Shown here: piece by piece, positions 14,026 through 28,400 of the stretch
Numbering within the stretch: position 1 is the stretch's first letter
How the letters are laid out: each line of letters starts with the position of its first letter
From: Balanoglossus misakiensis
Taxonomy: Eukaryota > Animalia > Hemichordata
NCBI GenBank assembly: GCA_040954595.2
Contig: CM082576.2
Coordinates: forward strand, 7,195,129-7,259,128
DNA length: 64,000 nt
Direction: 5' to 3'
Notes under the pieces: model-generated
Told to the model about the DNA's origin: nothing
The model's database searches: none
The model's input: only the letters and a program-made list of their open reading frames with translations
Translations under genes and position numbers: made by a program

Positions 14026-14374
14026 GATGTCAGAATCAGACAAGGCTATTGTATCAAATACCAAGAAAAAGAAAGATAAAGGCGAGGAGAGCGAAAAGAA
14101 TTACCTGAGAAGACGAAATAACGCCCTCGAGCGGTCGGAGGACGAAGATGACGACGAAATGGGCGGTGGCGATATCTATGAGAGGAAGGAAGCGTCATCT
14201 CCCATTCTTCAAAGACATCATTCAAATGAACACCTGGAGGATGCCATAGCGACGAAGAATCCGAGGAGAACTTCAAATACAAGTGGCACCCCATCCAAAG
14301 TGATTGCTGATTTTGACGTCGTCGAAGGCGATGAAGATTTACGCGGATGCAGAATAACAGTTACTAATTTGTAG
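14026..14374 (+). CDS. BEST: Bestrophin paralog A last coding exon (charged, low-complexity tail ending VTNL*)
   Basis: aacag|G completes the phase-2 Arg codon, and the frame stays open to TAG at 14372-14374. About 493 aa in total if ATG 3978 is used. Confidence 0.85.
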
Positions 14375-16360
14375 CGCAACGAACTTTCACCAGGAATTGC
14401 GGATTAAACGTTAACGTAGCCTATATATCTGCAAGACCCCGTATTTGGTGCGAATTTGGAGGCGGGTAAAATGGAGTGTACATCTGCGCAGATGGAATGT
14501 ACGCAACATGTACGGAATGTATAGGGAAGCACAGATGCGTCCATGTAGTTATTGCCAGTACAGCTGTACACGTAGAAAACTCCCAGGGCATAGACTGGCT
14601 GCGTTTGCCGTTGTTGGGAATGTGAGTCAAGCTCAAATGATCGATTGAAGAGTGTTCTATGAGACAACATGTACTCACGCTTGTAGGAATAGCCACGGTC
14701 GGCGTGAACTTCGAAATAGCGCACATAGGAATGACATGGTCGGAGCACAGACGCCACCAGATTTACAAACAGCCGCGGGATAATTATGGGATGGTTACCG
14801 CTGGGGCATTTCACGTTTTAACCGAGTGAGGGCGATAGAAGAGAGACCAAGTATGGCACTCGCACGCGACGGGAAGTTTGTCGAGTACTACTCTATACAC
14901 GGGCTTTGAATTAAAATATGCATATACATTGTAGATGATTCACTGTTTGAACAGCGCGAAGTTATGTAAAAAAAGTTCGAGTGAAAAATTTACGCACCCA
15001 TACTGTAGCAAAACAATGCATAGCAGGGACGTCAAGAAATTTTAAATTCTAACCTAGACATTGTCGTACAGTGTTTGCGAACAGTTCATTGCTTGCAGGA
15101 GTATCCACAGAGAGAGCGCCTCCAAGCGACGAACCTTTCAACATTTCGTCTCTGACGTGTTTTCAGTTTTTTTTCCTTTTAGATTTTACACCAAGTCTTT
15201 CATATTGAATCGAGTCAAGCGAAGTATTAGGATTTTTTTCAAAAGCATTTCAGTGCAACTTGCCAAATAACTTACTTTTTCTCTTTCAATGTATTGAAAA
15301 GTTGCTAAGATATTGTCGATTCGTGCAAATTTGAGAGTCTTTTTTTAATAATAGTATAAAGATGAAACTTTTTTCATCCAAAATGTGAGCGAAATATTTA
15401 AGTCCAGAGTGTTACCTGTAGAATTGAAGGGAATAGTAGATAGACTATACTTGTCAGTTTTTAATATTCCTCTTTCTGTCGAGTCTTCCTATAATGTAGG
15501 CCTATTCTGTAGGTTTGGGCGGCAATTTCCCCCTGTAGCTGTTAATCGCATCTTAGTACAATGCAGCGTATCCCCAGGGCACTGCCCTGCAAGTTTCTTG
15601 TCATGATATTTGCTAGTACTAGAAACAGTATACACTCTAGTTTAGAGGGGTTCAGAGGTCATTACACGGGGTTGTTCAGTTTTGCATAACACAAGTGAAG
15701 AATAATATTGCGGGGCTATTCCATTGGATGTTGGTTGTATCATTGTATTCGCATAGACTATATCACTACACCAGCAAACACTAACGCCTCACACACGTAC
15801 AGTGTACATATATACATACACTCATTGGGTACATATGTTTGCCAAAAGTGTCTACAAGATTTGAATAGGTGACAGATTTTAAGAAATTATGGGAAATTTC
15901 TTTCTTTCTTTTCAATTTTATATCCATGTTTAGCCGTTTTTTTTTCTTTAACGTTAAGCGAGCAAGTGATTAGCTGTGCGGCGTTGTCGTTTGGACAACT
16001 GGTGATGCCGGACTGGCACTTTTTAAGTTTTACTCTGACACCAACGCCCTCTCGAGTCAATGAACTAGAGTACAATGATTGCATTAAATCTCTTTCAACT
16101 GTCCGTGGTTAAGGCATTTACATGGACAAAATAAGTTTTTCCTCTGTTTTGTGTCATTCATGTCTTATTTCCTGCAGCAATAATTCAAATTAATGCAATT
16201 TTCTCCAAAAGATGTAACCGTTATTTTACTTTGATATGCAATGAACGGATCATTTTAAGAACTTAAGATTTTAAGAAAAAATATTATCCATTCGAGCCGT
16301 AGATGGCGCGCGCTATCACTAACTATGTAAAGTAAGTTGTTATCACTTGTAAACTAATGA

Positions 16361-16366
16361 AATAAA
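16361..16366 (+). promoter_or_regulatory. Probable polyadenylation signal of bestrophin A (~2 kb 3' UTR)
   Basis: AATAAA followed by T/GT-rich sequence. Confidence 0.5.
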
Positions 16367-19300
16367 GATTTTTGTTTCGGTTTTTTTTCATTCTACGTGA
16401 AAGATTGGTTGGCTTATTTTAATCTGTTGGTATCTTTAGTAATCCATATACGTGATAAAATGCGTTAAGATGTAAAGTGAGAATTAGTGAGAACATGTGT
16501 GAATGAGCGCATGCTCTTTTGCTTTCGAGATCGTTCTCCACCAAATGTGTTTCTTTCATAACCAGTAACCCGGACGGAGTTGTCGATGACGGGTAACCAG
16601 TTTGCGACCCGATGCACTATAGAATCTGAAATATTTACAACTGCAATTTACACTTAGTGAAACAAGCAACAACACGCGTGCCAGGGTAACTGTGACCAGG
16701 CGTATTAAAATATACGTCATTAATAAGCCATTAGTCGAATTGGCAAAGTAAAATTACCATCTGCATATTAAAAATGTGGAAAAGACATTTTTGATCTCGA
16801 GTCCGCAGCTGATTACGTACTAAAGTCATTTTTTCACAGATACGAAATATGTTCAAAGAGCCCCGAGACACGATTGAGTGGAATTGCTTTTGTTCTGTGG
16901 TCTTTACACGCTTCTTCTAAGAAGAGCTGACCTGGTTTCTGCAGACGACAAGACTGCTGACGTCAGCGAAGGTTTAACAGAAAAAAAAATGAAACGCCGA
17001 ACAATAAAAAAATACTCAATTTAGCTCACGGCTGTCATTTGACCGATGTTTCACTAGACCGCTGTAGAGAAAGTTGACAGCTAAGAGTAAAAAAACGATC
17101 ATTTATTTACGATATTATTTTTTAAATATTAAAACTAACCCTGCTGTTTCTTAATTTAACGTTTGATCTATTGTATAGTACACAGAGGGTTCAATGCACC
17201 ACAATCCGGTCCTTTTACCTTCATTTTGAATGAAACTGACGTGTTTTGTCTCCGTTCGACTGTCGAACGAACCCCGAAGCCAGCAGGTCGTTCAACCCAT
17301 GCAACAAAATTCATTCATACTCTAGCTATATCTAAGGAACTTGCCATACAGTGCGTCACTAAATTCTGATCGATTATACAATGTGGTTTGTGATCATGAT
17401 GACGTTACCGAAATGACGCCATTGGAAAGTTGTCAATTTCAACTCCTGCGCACAAAGTAATGAATTCCTAGGCAACCAATTGAAATAAACCAGGCTATTT
17501 TTTCCGTTCCCTTTTCGAGTTAAGACGTTCGGTTTAACGTCTTACGTAAGCACCAGTTCGTGCTCGGATTTTGGCAGTTTGCAGAAATTTTATTTGGTTC
17601 TTCTAAACCTTCACAGAGCCCTCCCCCATTGTGATATGGTGATGTATTCGCACAGCATACAAATGTTCGCAATTTTTTTCCCTTTCCTTTATATTTTCGA
17701 CTAGCTATACGGACGTCTCTGCCTTCGTGTTGTGAGTCATGGCCACCAATATGCATTCATCGGCATGTGATATGTTTCTGGCGGTGTAAGTTACACCTAT
17801 GATTAGAACTATAAACTCTTTCGCGCGCATTATGAGATATCGTGAAGGCCCAACGGCGAATGGGCTATTATGAGCTTTGTCTCGCTCTGTTCTTGTCAGC
17901 GCATTCAGAACCTCTGCAGAGTATTTTGAGCCTCCCTTCTCACGTGACATAGCTCCTTGTTCACCACTGTAAAATCGTCACGCATCCGTATTAACAATTT
18001 AAGGCGGCCTTGCAAGGCAACAATGCAGTCACCCATCCATCTTTACTTTTGTTGTCATTTGTGGCCCGAGCTGACGACAACATCCATGATATGAACTGAA
18101 CATTTTTAACATCCATTGTAGCTATATTTTCAATACATTAGTTACTGCAGTTGCTGGGTCGGGTATATAATATTCATTTTCACACGCTGCTCGCTCCCTT
18201 TTCTCACTCCATCATTTTAACGAAAGAGACAATTCACGCCCTTTACTCTGACCTTTACCTTGACGTTGTCATGGTAACACAAGCATCTCAGATCACGTAC
18301 AACTCTTGAGAGCATCTTATGTGCAAATGGGGCGGCGAAGTTAACACAGAACAGAACTGTCAGGAAACACTGTCTTTGTATAGAGGACAGCCCCTTTTTA
18401 TGGTATGGGTATTATGTAGGCTGCTCAGGTATTTCCCATGGGCACAATAAGAGATGGAGATCACGGTGTGACATCAAATATACATGTATATGTCCCACTT
18501 CTTTCCTTCATCATCAGCTAACTTGCAGTCACACGTATTTAAGTGCAAATATCCTAGTACAATTTTCTTTCACATCTCAAATATGTACCACTTATGTTTT
18601 ATATACATATAGGACTATATATTATGCGACAGGCAAAGTAAATTTAGATGACACACTTAACTGCAATATTATAATTATATGTGAAAGTCTCGATACTCAT
18701 TCTCTGTCATCGCCCTAAATTATCCTATTTATAGTTGTTTTTTCACCAACGATTCCACTTAACGTCTTGGAGACATCTGATGGAGAACCCACGCTCTCGC
18801 TGTAAGTGGGTGCTGCGACCGCCATATTGACGATGGCCTCTGAGGTTTCACTGTAAAAATTTACACCAGTATACAAATAATAACAAAGGCACCACTCCCG
18901 GCCCTGCAGAGCCATCTCCCCCTCCCCCCCCCCCCACCACCGATTCACTAATTGATCGGTTTACGCTTGATCACACAATCTGTCTTGATGACGTCGGGGG
19001 CCAGAATCCAAGCGCACTTATCCAGGTCTCCCCTGTATACTCGTTCGCTTCTCCTCTCGCTCTCACGGAGCTCACTTGTGAATGTCACTCACACCGCTGT
19101 TGCCATAGGAACGGACGTGCTCGGTGAAGATTAAAACCAATCTCAAAGGGGAACAAAACTAAGAGAGACACGACTCGCTTATTGGCGAAAATCGACATCA
19201 GCCGATGGTTGTTATTTATTCAGCTGACCGTGGTGTTTAGTAGCTATATGTGACACACACGGTTATGAATATTAATATCGAGTATCTCCTTAACGTCCAG

Positions 19301-21204
19301 GTCCACGCTGTACATAATAAACAACACACGATCAGAATAGAAGAATCGATAAACAAGTAAACGACATCATGGTACACCATGTGCTTGCTTAAATTATAAG
19401 AAAATATAAATAAAACCTACTGGCTTGGCTATCTATTTTCCCAGCAGAAAACGTGTCCCCTCCACAGTATATGTACTTCACTAAAGGTGTAATATATACA
19501 TGCTAATTAAAGCGCAGAGCAATTCAACGGCTCCAAATCACCCTTCTATCTCTCAATTACAGAGAAGAAAACGACAATAGTGCGGAATAATTGCCAGGTC
19601 GAATGCAGGCAAAGCCCAGGTGTAGAAACATTCGGATAATAGTCATCTGAGTGTCAGTATCCCACGGGAATTGAAAATAACGCTCTATCCGCTTTGATCC
19701 TGATAGTTCTCAGCAGAAATACACTTCGCCTGATCACCAGTGATGTACGATTGTTTTTGAATGGTGGGAGTATAAATGTTAAATGGGAAGCTATTCATAC
19801 GTGCAATATTGGGGGCCATTAGAGAAGGCTACCGCTCCTACGAGGACGCGTTGGTGTTGGAGGCTCCATTGGCTGAGTCGACTGATCCCGCGAACGAGGC
19901 TGTCAGCGGAGGAAAGTCGTTTTTAAGAGATATACATGTATGTAGATGTCCTTCCGGCGACTCGTGTAGCATAGGTTAAACAGTCCAGGTGTGTGCGCGC
20001 GCGATGACGACTGATTAGCGCGTTCCTGCTGGTTAACGGAGCCACGAAAAGATAAGGTCACTGTGGTTGTGAGCAGAGCCCCCAAAGCATAGGGTTGATT
20101 TTGTGACTTCTTTCGAGGACACCGACATCGTCGAATTTGTTTGGAGAAGAGGTTGTACACATACATACATCTGTGCCAAATATCCACGGCTTCAAGACGA
20201 TTCATGTTCACGGCTGTTTACCTCTGACTGCACACCAAACGACAATACCAGCACAGGCGATGGAAATTCGAGGTTTTTGATTTTTCTCATGGCAAAGGGC
20301 ACACCGTGTTGACCTAAAGCGCGGGATTCGCAAAATGAGAACTACTACGGTGGATTGATTTTCAGGGGAAACAAGCGAAGGTAATTATAACCACACTTAA
20401 CGAGCTCGCCGTTTAGCAAGAGCAATGGTTTCCCGTCACCATGGGAAAAGACGCCAGATAAAAACGAAAATTCACCGATATAGAGATGGATAAAAGTGAC
20501 CTATTTATCTGCTTTCAAGATTCCTGATACATTTCTCTTCTTAACCCTAGTCTGACTCATGCCATTCTCCTCCAACCCCTTTCATACCCGCTTTTCATGG
20601 CGAACTTTTTTTATTCATTACCGTGGCTCTGTGAACTTCCGTCGGTTTAATCTGCCATGTAATTACGTTTTCTTCGCTGAATGGCGTCATCTCACAGCCT
20701 CTGTCGATATGACGTCTGTCACTCTGCCCTTTCGGCTGCACTGTTATGATATCAAAATTTGACCTCCGTGGGAGAAACACGCTTTGGATGTGCACAACAT
20801 TTGAAATATTTACGGAAACAACCCCCCCCCCCAAAAAAAAAAAAAAAAAAAAAAATGAAGGCGACTTGAATCATGGCGTCACTATTGCAATAATATGCCA
20901 CAGCACCTTTTCATATAAAAATAGCCGAGCTGCCTGAACAGAACCACACTGCATCGCAACAACGCTTTCCGGGTTCTTTTCTGGCAGCAGTGGTTTTGTG
21001 GACTATATTTAAAAGGGAATTACTTCAGAGTGAAAAATTACAGTCACGTGACATCGTTGAGCGGAGTGATTTACATCAATTTGACAAAAAGAAAAAATAC
21101 GTTGATGGAAACATCTTGCCCCCCCCCCCGTCCCATTATTATACACAATGTTAACATGCTTATATACTAGTATATTGGGACATTTCAATTGCGCATGTCC
21201 TCTA

Positions 21205-21482
21205 GGTCAAATTGACCCTACATCAAAACAATTTCGCATATTATTCCATGAAAACCGACCATACCAAACGCAATGCATAGAAGTCTTTCTTCGAGGTGCA
21301 TGAGAAAATTATCTCAATTCTTCTGACCCATTCCCAGTCTATTTTAATTTCTTTCCCTTGTGCGCGCACAAACACTCAAAACCATTATTCTCAATGAATG
21401 TATCTAATTAGTTATTCGATGGAAGTCACTTAGGGTCAAATTGACCTTACATCAAAACAATATCGCACTATTATTCCATGAA
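21205..21482. repeat. Two ~48-bp direct repeats (21205-21252, 21434-21482), each starting with the palindrome GGTCAAATTGACC
   Basis: GGTCAAATTGACC(C/T)TACATCAAAACAAT(T/A)TCGCA..TATTATTCCATGAA seen twice. Confidence 0.85.
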
Positions 21483-21517
21483 TTTGGTCCTTGAACTTGT
21501 GTTATCGCATATTATAT

Positions 21518-21830
21518 TATACCAGTATATTGATGGTGTAAATCACGCTATTTGATTGGTCGAGACACGACACGTGACCGTGATATATTAGCCATATACC
21601 ACAGTCATATATCATAGTTAAAGAAAATGCCTTTTTAAAATGTTTTATGCAAAGTTTCAATATACTGGCATAATATAATAGCAATAAAACACCCCCAGCC
21701 ATGGTATACCACTCGATTTTGACCAGTTCAACTCCATATACGCACTCGCTATCGCTCGTGCGTATATGTCGTGAACTGGTCAAAATCTCGTGATATACCA
21801 TGGCTGGGGGTGTTTTATTGCTTAAATATT
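21518..21830. mobile_element. Non-autonomous DNA-transposon-like element with a long internal hairpin (21680-21822)
   Basis: Arms AGCAATAAAACACCCCCAGCCATGGTATA and TATACCATGGCTGGGGGTGTTTTATTGCT are perfect reverse complements. Inner pairs are GATTTTGACCAGTTCA/TGAACTGGTCAAAATC and ATATACGCAC/GTGCGTATAT. Outer boundaries are approximate. Confidence 0.7.
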
Positions 21831-22427
21831 GTGATGATACCACAAACAGGACTGAATGAACGAATACAAACGATCATGCGTCGCATCGACGACAACTGTG
21901 TTTCCACACATCACGGATCTGGCCAAAGTAACGTTAGATGGTGATAACTTCGGTGTTTAGGAAATACGTTCCACGAAAAGCACGATCGCCGCTAGTGAAT
22001 TCACGTATACTAATACTCCATCTTGTGACCACGTTTGGCCAGGGCAGCTGTATTGCGTTTCCATAGTTTGGTCCGCTTCTTCATTTCTGCTAACTTCAAC
22101 CACATCCTGGTGTAATAGTAATGCATCATAAATTATGCACCGCGCCTGTTGAGTACATTAATTCCGCCCTAATCGAGAAGTGCTCGCAACTCTATTTTAT
22201 TAGCCAGCAGGGAGGGGACGCTTGCATAGCTAAACCTTTCTTGGACCATGCCATAATTCCATCCTTTTATTACCTGAACACACAGCGACAGTGAGTTGCC
22301 TCAACGGAAGCGTGCTGCCTGGGTGTCACCCCCTGCCCCCTCGAGGTGTATGGATTGTTTGTTCGCGGTTGCCCTCTACGTGAAATGAAGAATTTCAATC
22401 CACGGGGAACGGATTCCACGAGAAAAA

Positions 22428-22463
22428 ATGAAGCTGAAATATCCAACGAGGAACTTAAAACGG
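22428..22463 (+). CDS. BEST: Candidate first coding exon of bestrophin paralog B (MKLKYPTRNLKR)
   Basis: AAAATG start, 12 codons and a strong phase-0 donor CGG|GTAAGG that matches the phase-0 acceptor at 32839. M-x-L-x-Y echoes the canonical M-T-I-T-Y. Inference. Confidence 0.55.
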
Positions 22464-25400
22464 GTAAGGAAACACTGAATGCGAGGGAATGCGAGATGAC
22501 CACCTTGTCGACTGAGTGTATCGATTTATCGTAATACCTGAATTTTAATGGAATTGTGCACTGGATACATTTGAGTGATTTCATGACTGACAACATTGTC
22601 TTCGCTTAATATAGAGCATTTTGTCAATCGAGACATGTAACCATCGATCTGGTTGAAACACACACCCGATTTAAGGCGTGTTTCAATCCTGGAAGAAAAA
22701 ATGGTCTTCGGTAATTACAACGTGCAACAGGGGTCATTACGTCACCGTTCTTGACTGATAGGCTGTGAACTCGTAGTGCAGTTGTACGACGTAGAAATAT
22801 CGTGTGGTGGACACTCGAGAGATAAAAATCATTTTTAAATAGGGAGCAGCTCATTTTCTGGTTTGCGAAAGTGTCTCTTTGTTGAGCTTGAAGCAGATGG
22901 CGAGTGGTTTCATACCTTTATTGCATTTTTTAAAAATTCTATTGCATCGATGAAGAGTCCAAGTCACCGTTCTCTGCAATTCACTTTCCCGCCATCTGTC
23001 CGCTATTTCCCGTCGTGCGAGATCTGTCAGATGCCGCCATGATAGCTCCGTCTTTTTTTTATCTTGCTCGCATCTCCGGTTGATCGGGCGCATTCGCATT
23101 CACACGGAACGAAGAGTCACGTTTCTGAACATGAAGCTTGCTAATTGCATAAACCATATTATCTTGGCTGTTCAATTTCTACCCACATTTTGCATTCAGT
23201 CGGCGTTGCAAGCTGTCAGATGGTTTCAGTACACATCATAAAAATGCATGACGCGGAGGCGCGTAACGGGGTTCGCGCAAGAACGCTGCACTGCACTCAA
23301 TCGCGCCTTGAAATATTCAAGCTTTTCTCGCGGTAATATATTTCTTATATTATTTCCCTTTAGACCTCACATTCAAAGAAAGAAACGTAGCGGCGAAGAA
23401 CACCGCATAATAGGCGTGATATTTTCAAATAATTGAAACGTGCATGTTATCCGCGATCAGGCGAAGGGATCCCGACATATTACACCCCCTTTATTGTATC
23501 ACATGAAAATAAAATATCGATCTTATATGGCAGTATTTAATGCGAGGTTTTCATTACATAGCGATGTGCTGACAAGGCCACGATACTTCTTTAGCAGACA
23601 CGCATTTAGAGATATTTAACTTTATTGACGTCGAATGTGAAAGGCAATTGTGAGCGGGCCCGAGGTCGACGTTTCTGTTTCTGAACAGAGAAACGGGCAG
23701 AGCTATACTCGGCCAGGTCTGCACTGGAGATGGGCTAATTTACCTGTCAGGCTAACCTATTTGAATGATTTCTAACCGCAATATCTCACAATTCATAAAA
23801 CATGGACCTAGATCCTATCAGCTTCAAAGGGGGTGAGACGTTGTCATGGCAACCTATTCGCATGATTTATCCCCCAAGATCGCGCGAGTAGACACGATGG
23901 CTACGCGTTTCGCCTGGAAGGGGGACGTTTAGATTGCGGCTGTTTCGAGTACAAATTAGAAGGCGGAAGTGTGAATATTTGTATCACTCTCGCGCCAGGA
24001 TATTTCCACCGCGAACTTTCTATTTAGCTACAACTCCATGTCCGGCGCTGTCGACAGCAACCTGATTTTCTTTAATCACGCCAGCTGATGGGAGTATCTT
24101 TTAGGAAATTAAACGCTTTTAATCGGCCCTCCTTTTGTTCAACCTGTTTCGTTTTCATTTCCGTGAATTCTTGGAGACCCTCCCACTGTCCTTGTTTCTA
24201 TCTGCCGTCGACGTTCCTCAGGGCTGCGCGCGGTGATATTTGTTAAAGGGCCACTATCTGTAAATTCTGGCTAATGGCCGGCTTGTCCGAAAGTGACAGT
24301 ATTAAAAGAATACAGTGTATATGCAAATACATCGATCAAGTTCAAAGGTCAGTTATACAGTATTAACATGGCCAGTTGCAATGACAAACAGTCACAAAAC
24401 GATATGCAGCAGAGCACAGACAATCAACAAAATACACACAAATAAGACCAGGAAGTGATGTCAGGTGTCTCGAAAATAGTGAGCCTATCCTGTCCCTCAA
24501 CTTATATTACCGATCTCTTTTAAGAGTTCGTATATTTAAAATGCAATTTCTCTGCATCTAAGCCTGGGGTATATTAAATATTGTCTGTAAGTTAGTGCAG
24601 CCGTGTTTTAAATTTATCGTTTCTTTAAGCGCTTGTCTATTTTCAGTGATTTCTTGAAAAACGAATTCCGGGTTTGATTGCCAGCTTTGTACCTGATTTT
24701 ATCGCCGTATAGGATGTCGCCCTAGAAATGGTATTATACTTATATTTAAAGACGGGGCCACGGTGATGGTGATTACGATTAAAAAAGTAGCGTCATGGAC
24801 AAGGTGCTTCCAATTGACGCGAAAAAGTGTGCCACCAGCACATGGTCGTTAGAAGACCAGAACACGCCCTTACTACCATAATTATGTGTGCACATTTAAC
24901 TTGGTGGTGATTGTACTACGTTCAGTCATACATCAATATGTTCAGCGGCAGCGCGTACAATTGACAAAGATTGCTTAGCGAAGACACCCATGTTGCTTCA
25001 TAGAAAATCCGAGACTACCCATTAGCAATTACATTCTACGAACGTCGATACTTTATATTTGCTTTAGGCTTATGAATTTTAGTTGGTGCGTAATTATCCT
25101 AACCCTGCAAATAATATACTTGCTGGAACTCGCCGGAAGGGTCTCGGAATATCTTGTGACACGTTCCAAAGCGTAAGCCTATCGTTAGCTCTTGTGATTT
25201 TTGGCAATCATTAGTTGCCGCTGGTGCTCAGTGATTCTTTATTGTCTGCTATAGTCCGGTGTTCAAATCCATCGTGTCTTTAGCGTTTACCCATTTCAAA
25301 CAATTCCATTGTATAAGGGTTTAATATCACGCGACGAAATGTAATACATGTCGCCCGTGTAACACTGCTGGTGGTGACGATTATAAAAGGACTTGACAAC

Positions 25401-28400
25401 ATCCAATCGAAAGGATAGTTAGGAAAACATACACGAATATGATTTTATCAACACGTAAAACGCAGAACCCGCTGTTGATATCCCATAGGAAAGATAAAAT
25501 CACAAGGGGTGTGCCGACAGTTGAATTCATACATTCAGTGTTCGTCGGACTTGTACGCAAAAGAATATCATTACACGTAAATCTGCTCTTAAAACAAGAG
25601 AAAGAGATGAATAATTGAGCGAGAAAGTAAGTACATTCTTTTGCCTGGTTCACTAACTGCACATTCAAGCCTTATGAAGTCACGTACTCTCTGTTCTGAG
25701 AATATTTTTCTGCGTGAGGAATTCGCCTTATCGATTCAACTGAAGTCGAAGGGTGGGGTTGTGGGTGGGGTAGGGGTCAGTTGGGCTTTCTCTCTCGCCC
25801 ACCCACCCACCCACTCACAAGAGGTTTCGTGGGAGGCATTGAAAACATGCAATAATAAGGAATCTTTTGAAACTGTAGAAAAACACTCGTAAATATTTTT
25901 CTGTTCCCTATGCATCCCTGATGAATGACGTCATCGCGAAAGCCAGCTAAACGACTGAAAACTCGTAAACCGTCTCTTTAAATTTGTTTTCTCTACGTAA
26001 CCATTTCCAAAGAATTGAGCTAAAGTCGTATATATGGTCTGCCAAAATCCCCCCCCCCCAAATCACCCCCAGAAATCAAATGGTTCTCTCCTTATCCGCA
26101 ATGTTATCAGACCTGCAACTGCGGTCGTGTTCTTCGCGCAGAGACTCGTCAGATTTAGATTCGACACCATCAGAAGTGTCAAGACTACCAACTGACCCGT
26201 TTAATGCAAAGGCGCTGATGCGGCCCCACTTCTCGAGTATAGAAGGATAGCAAGAAGAAGCGCGACAGATGAAACTTGATAGGCGTATTTGAGGGATATG
26301 TTTTAAGAGGGTTCTTCGTCAGGTTAGACAGAAGATCTGTTCACTATAGTTAGCGCTGCTGTCTCGTTGACAATTCTTCTGTATACCCATTTTTTTCGAC
26401 GGATGAAATTAAAATGCAATTGATGTAATTGCAGTGTTTAATATTTGATTTAAAGTTGTTATCCGAACGGATTTTGGATTGACGTTAACGGTTTTCCGTA
26501 TTCTATTGTTGATTTGTCGTGTCTTACAAATAGCTGCACAATGTTTCGTGCCACCTGTATAACTTTGCCATCTATAAATCTATTCATAGCAAACAAAAGA
26601 ATTTCCTCTGCTAAATGTCCCAATGTCACAACGTTAATGAGACATTTAAGCCTTGCCTCCAATTTCTATACGCTGTTAGAAGAAAATCCACGTCAGGCGA
26701 ACATGTTTTCCTTCACCTGTAGTAGATTAATTTCCATCGATTTTCAAAAAAAAAACCTAAATGCTAGTATTAATGTGTCCTGATCCTGCGTTGGAGATCT
26801 CAATCACGCATGAGCAAACATTGGCATTTTTATTCATGGGAGGGGGGGGGTAACTTTGCTTTGGTGAGGGTTAAAAGTTCCTTATGGAAGAATAAAACAT
26901 AAATAGAAAGCAAAGTGCGGTGGTTCAGGAAATAGCAATAGTGTGTAACCTATGGGTATTCTGTATTTCAGGGAGTGGAAAGAAAGGGGCGTGCCCCTCC
27001 ACAAAATGGAATATTTAATCTTAACACACAGCCATTGGGTTGTTTGGTGATAGGAATAATTTACTCTGATGAGTAAATGACGGTTTTTTGTCTCTATTAA
27101 TGTACCAAAGATATTTTCTCTGTATAATATACTAATATTGATTTGGGTTGTCTGGAAGGGGCCTGGTCCCTACGAAAGCTGCTTGACCACTTAACGAACA
27201 TCTTCAAGAAATACATTAAGAATATTACATAATTTCACAGACACAGAAAAGGATAGTTAACATGGTCGATAACCCTTTTAACAAATTAGATCTAGATGAA
27301 TGGACCCTGACCATCGCCGAAGATTCTCCCAACAATATATCAATCGCACCCTCATCCTCCCGCTCGGCCGAAGAAGTTGGCCATTCAATGCCAAAGTCAA
27401 ATCACGTCTTCTTTCTAAAAATATAACCCTCACAACTTTTCCACTTGTTTTCTAAACTTTTGATCAAGCCTTGTAGGGAGTGGAAAACTACGTCCACTTG
27501 ATCCAAAATTAAGGAAAGTATTCAAGAAAAACATGAAAAATTGAGAAAATGTTGCACCAGCATTCTCGGAGGCAAGCTTATGGCGTTCAAAGCAGGCGGG
27601 CTCCAGCTTAGAATACAGTGCATTGGGCGTTCATGTGATCATTGGAGAGCTCCCTACCTTGTTCAAAACATACGGTCCACCGTTTATATCGACGTCAAAT
27701 AAAATCCGCAATTCCGAAGACCCGTCAAGTGACTGTGCCACCCAAATGATCAATGCGGTGCAATATATTCCAAACTCGCCATGCCATCGCCTCGCTAATC
27801 GTGAACGAAAAAAAAAAAAGTTTCTCCTCAGGTAAAGAAAATCCTCATTAATACGTTTAGGTCAATTTGTTCGGTCACTCCGCATATTTCACTGTGGTAA
27901 TCGGAAGCTGTTGGAAGGTTTCCGTGGCTTCGTGCAACTGGGAAATATTTGCTAAATCTGGGATGATTGCTTTTAATCAGTGTGGCATAGTGTACGACAT
28001 GAAACCATATCCCAGTTGGCAGATTTTGTTTAAATACATGTACAGCATAATTACACTCACAGGCATTGCTTGGGAAATGGTGCATTCTCACTAGTTGCTC
28101 GTTTCGGACGTTTTTGAGGTACAGCCGGGAACTGTTGCAGAAAATTCACTTTCACGTCCAATGATTGTGTGCCGATAATCTCGCGAAACGGTGAGTTGAA
28201 ATAACGTGTCCGATAAGGGGATGGTGAATGCGATCAAGGGATCAACGCCTTCACAGAAGATTGTAGAAACTGCATGCTAATGTCTGCAGATCCACATAGT
28301 TGGATCGTTTGTAATGCTTAATTTTCTGTCAATGAATCGTCATTAGTTTTAAGACGCACTGGGAAAACATGCGTCAGAAGACGCGCAGAAACTTCTCCGG

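Noticed and set aside
19776-20380. Possible promoter or 5' UTR exon of bestrophin B ending AAG|GTAATT
   Set aside because: No ATG-initiated frame reaches the donor in phase 0, and a non-coding exon cannot be supported without transcripts.
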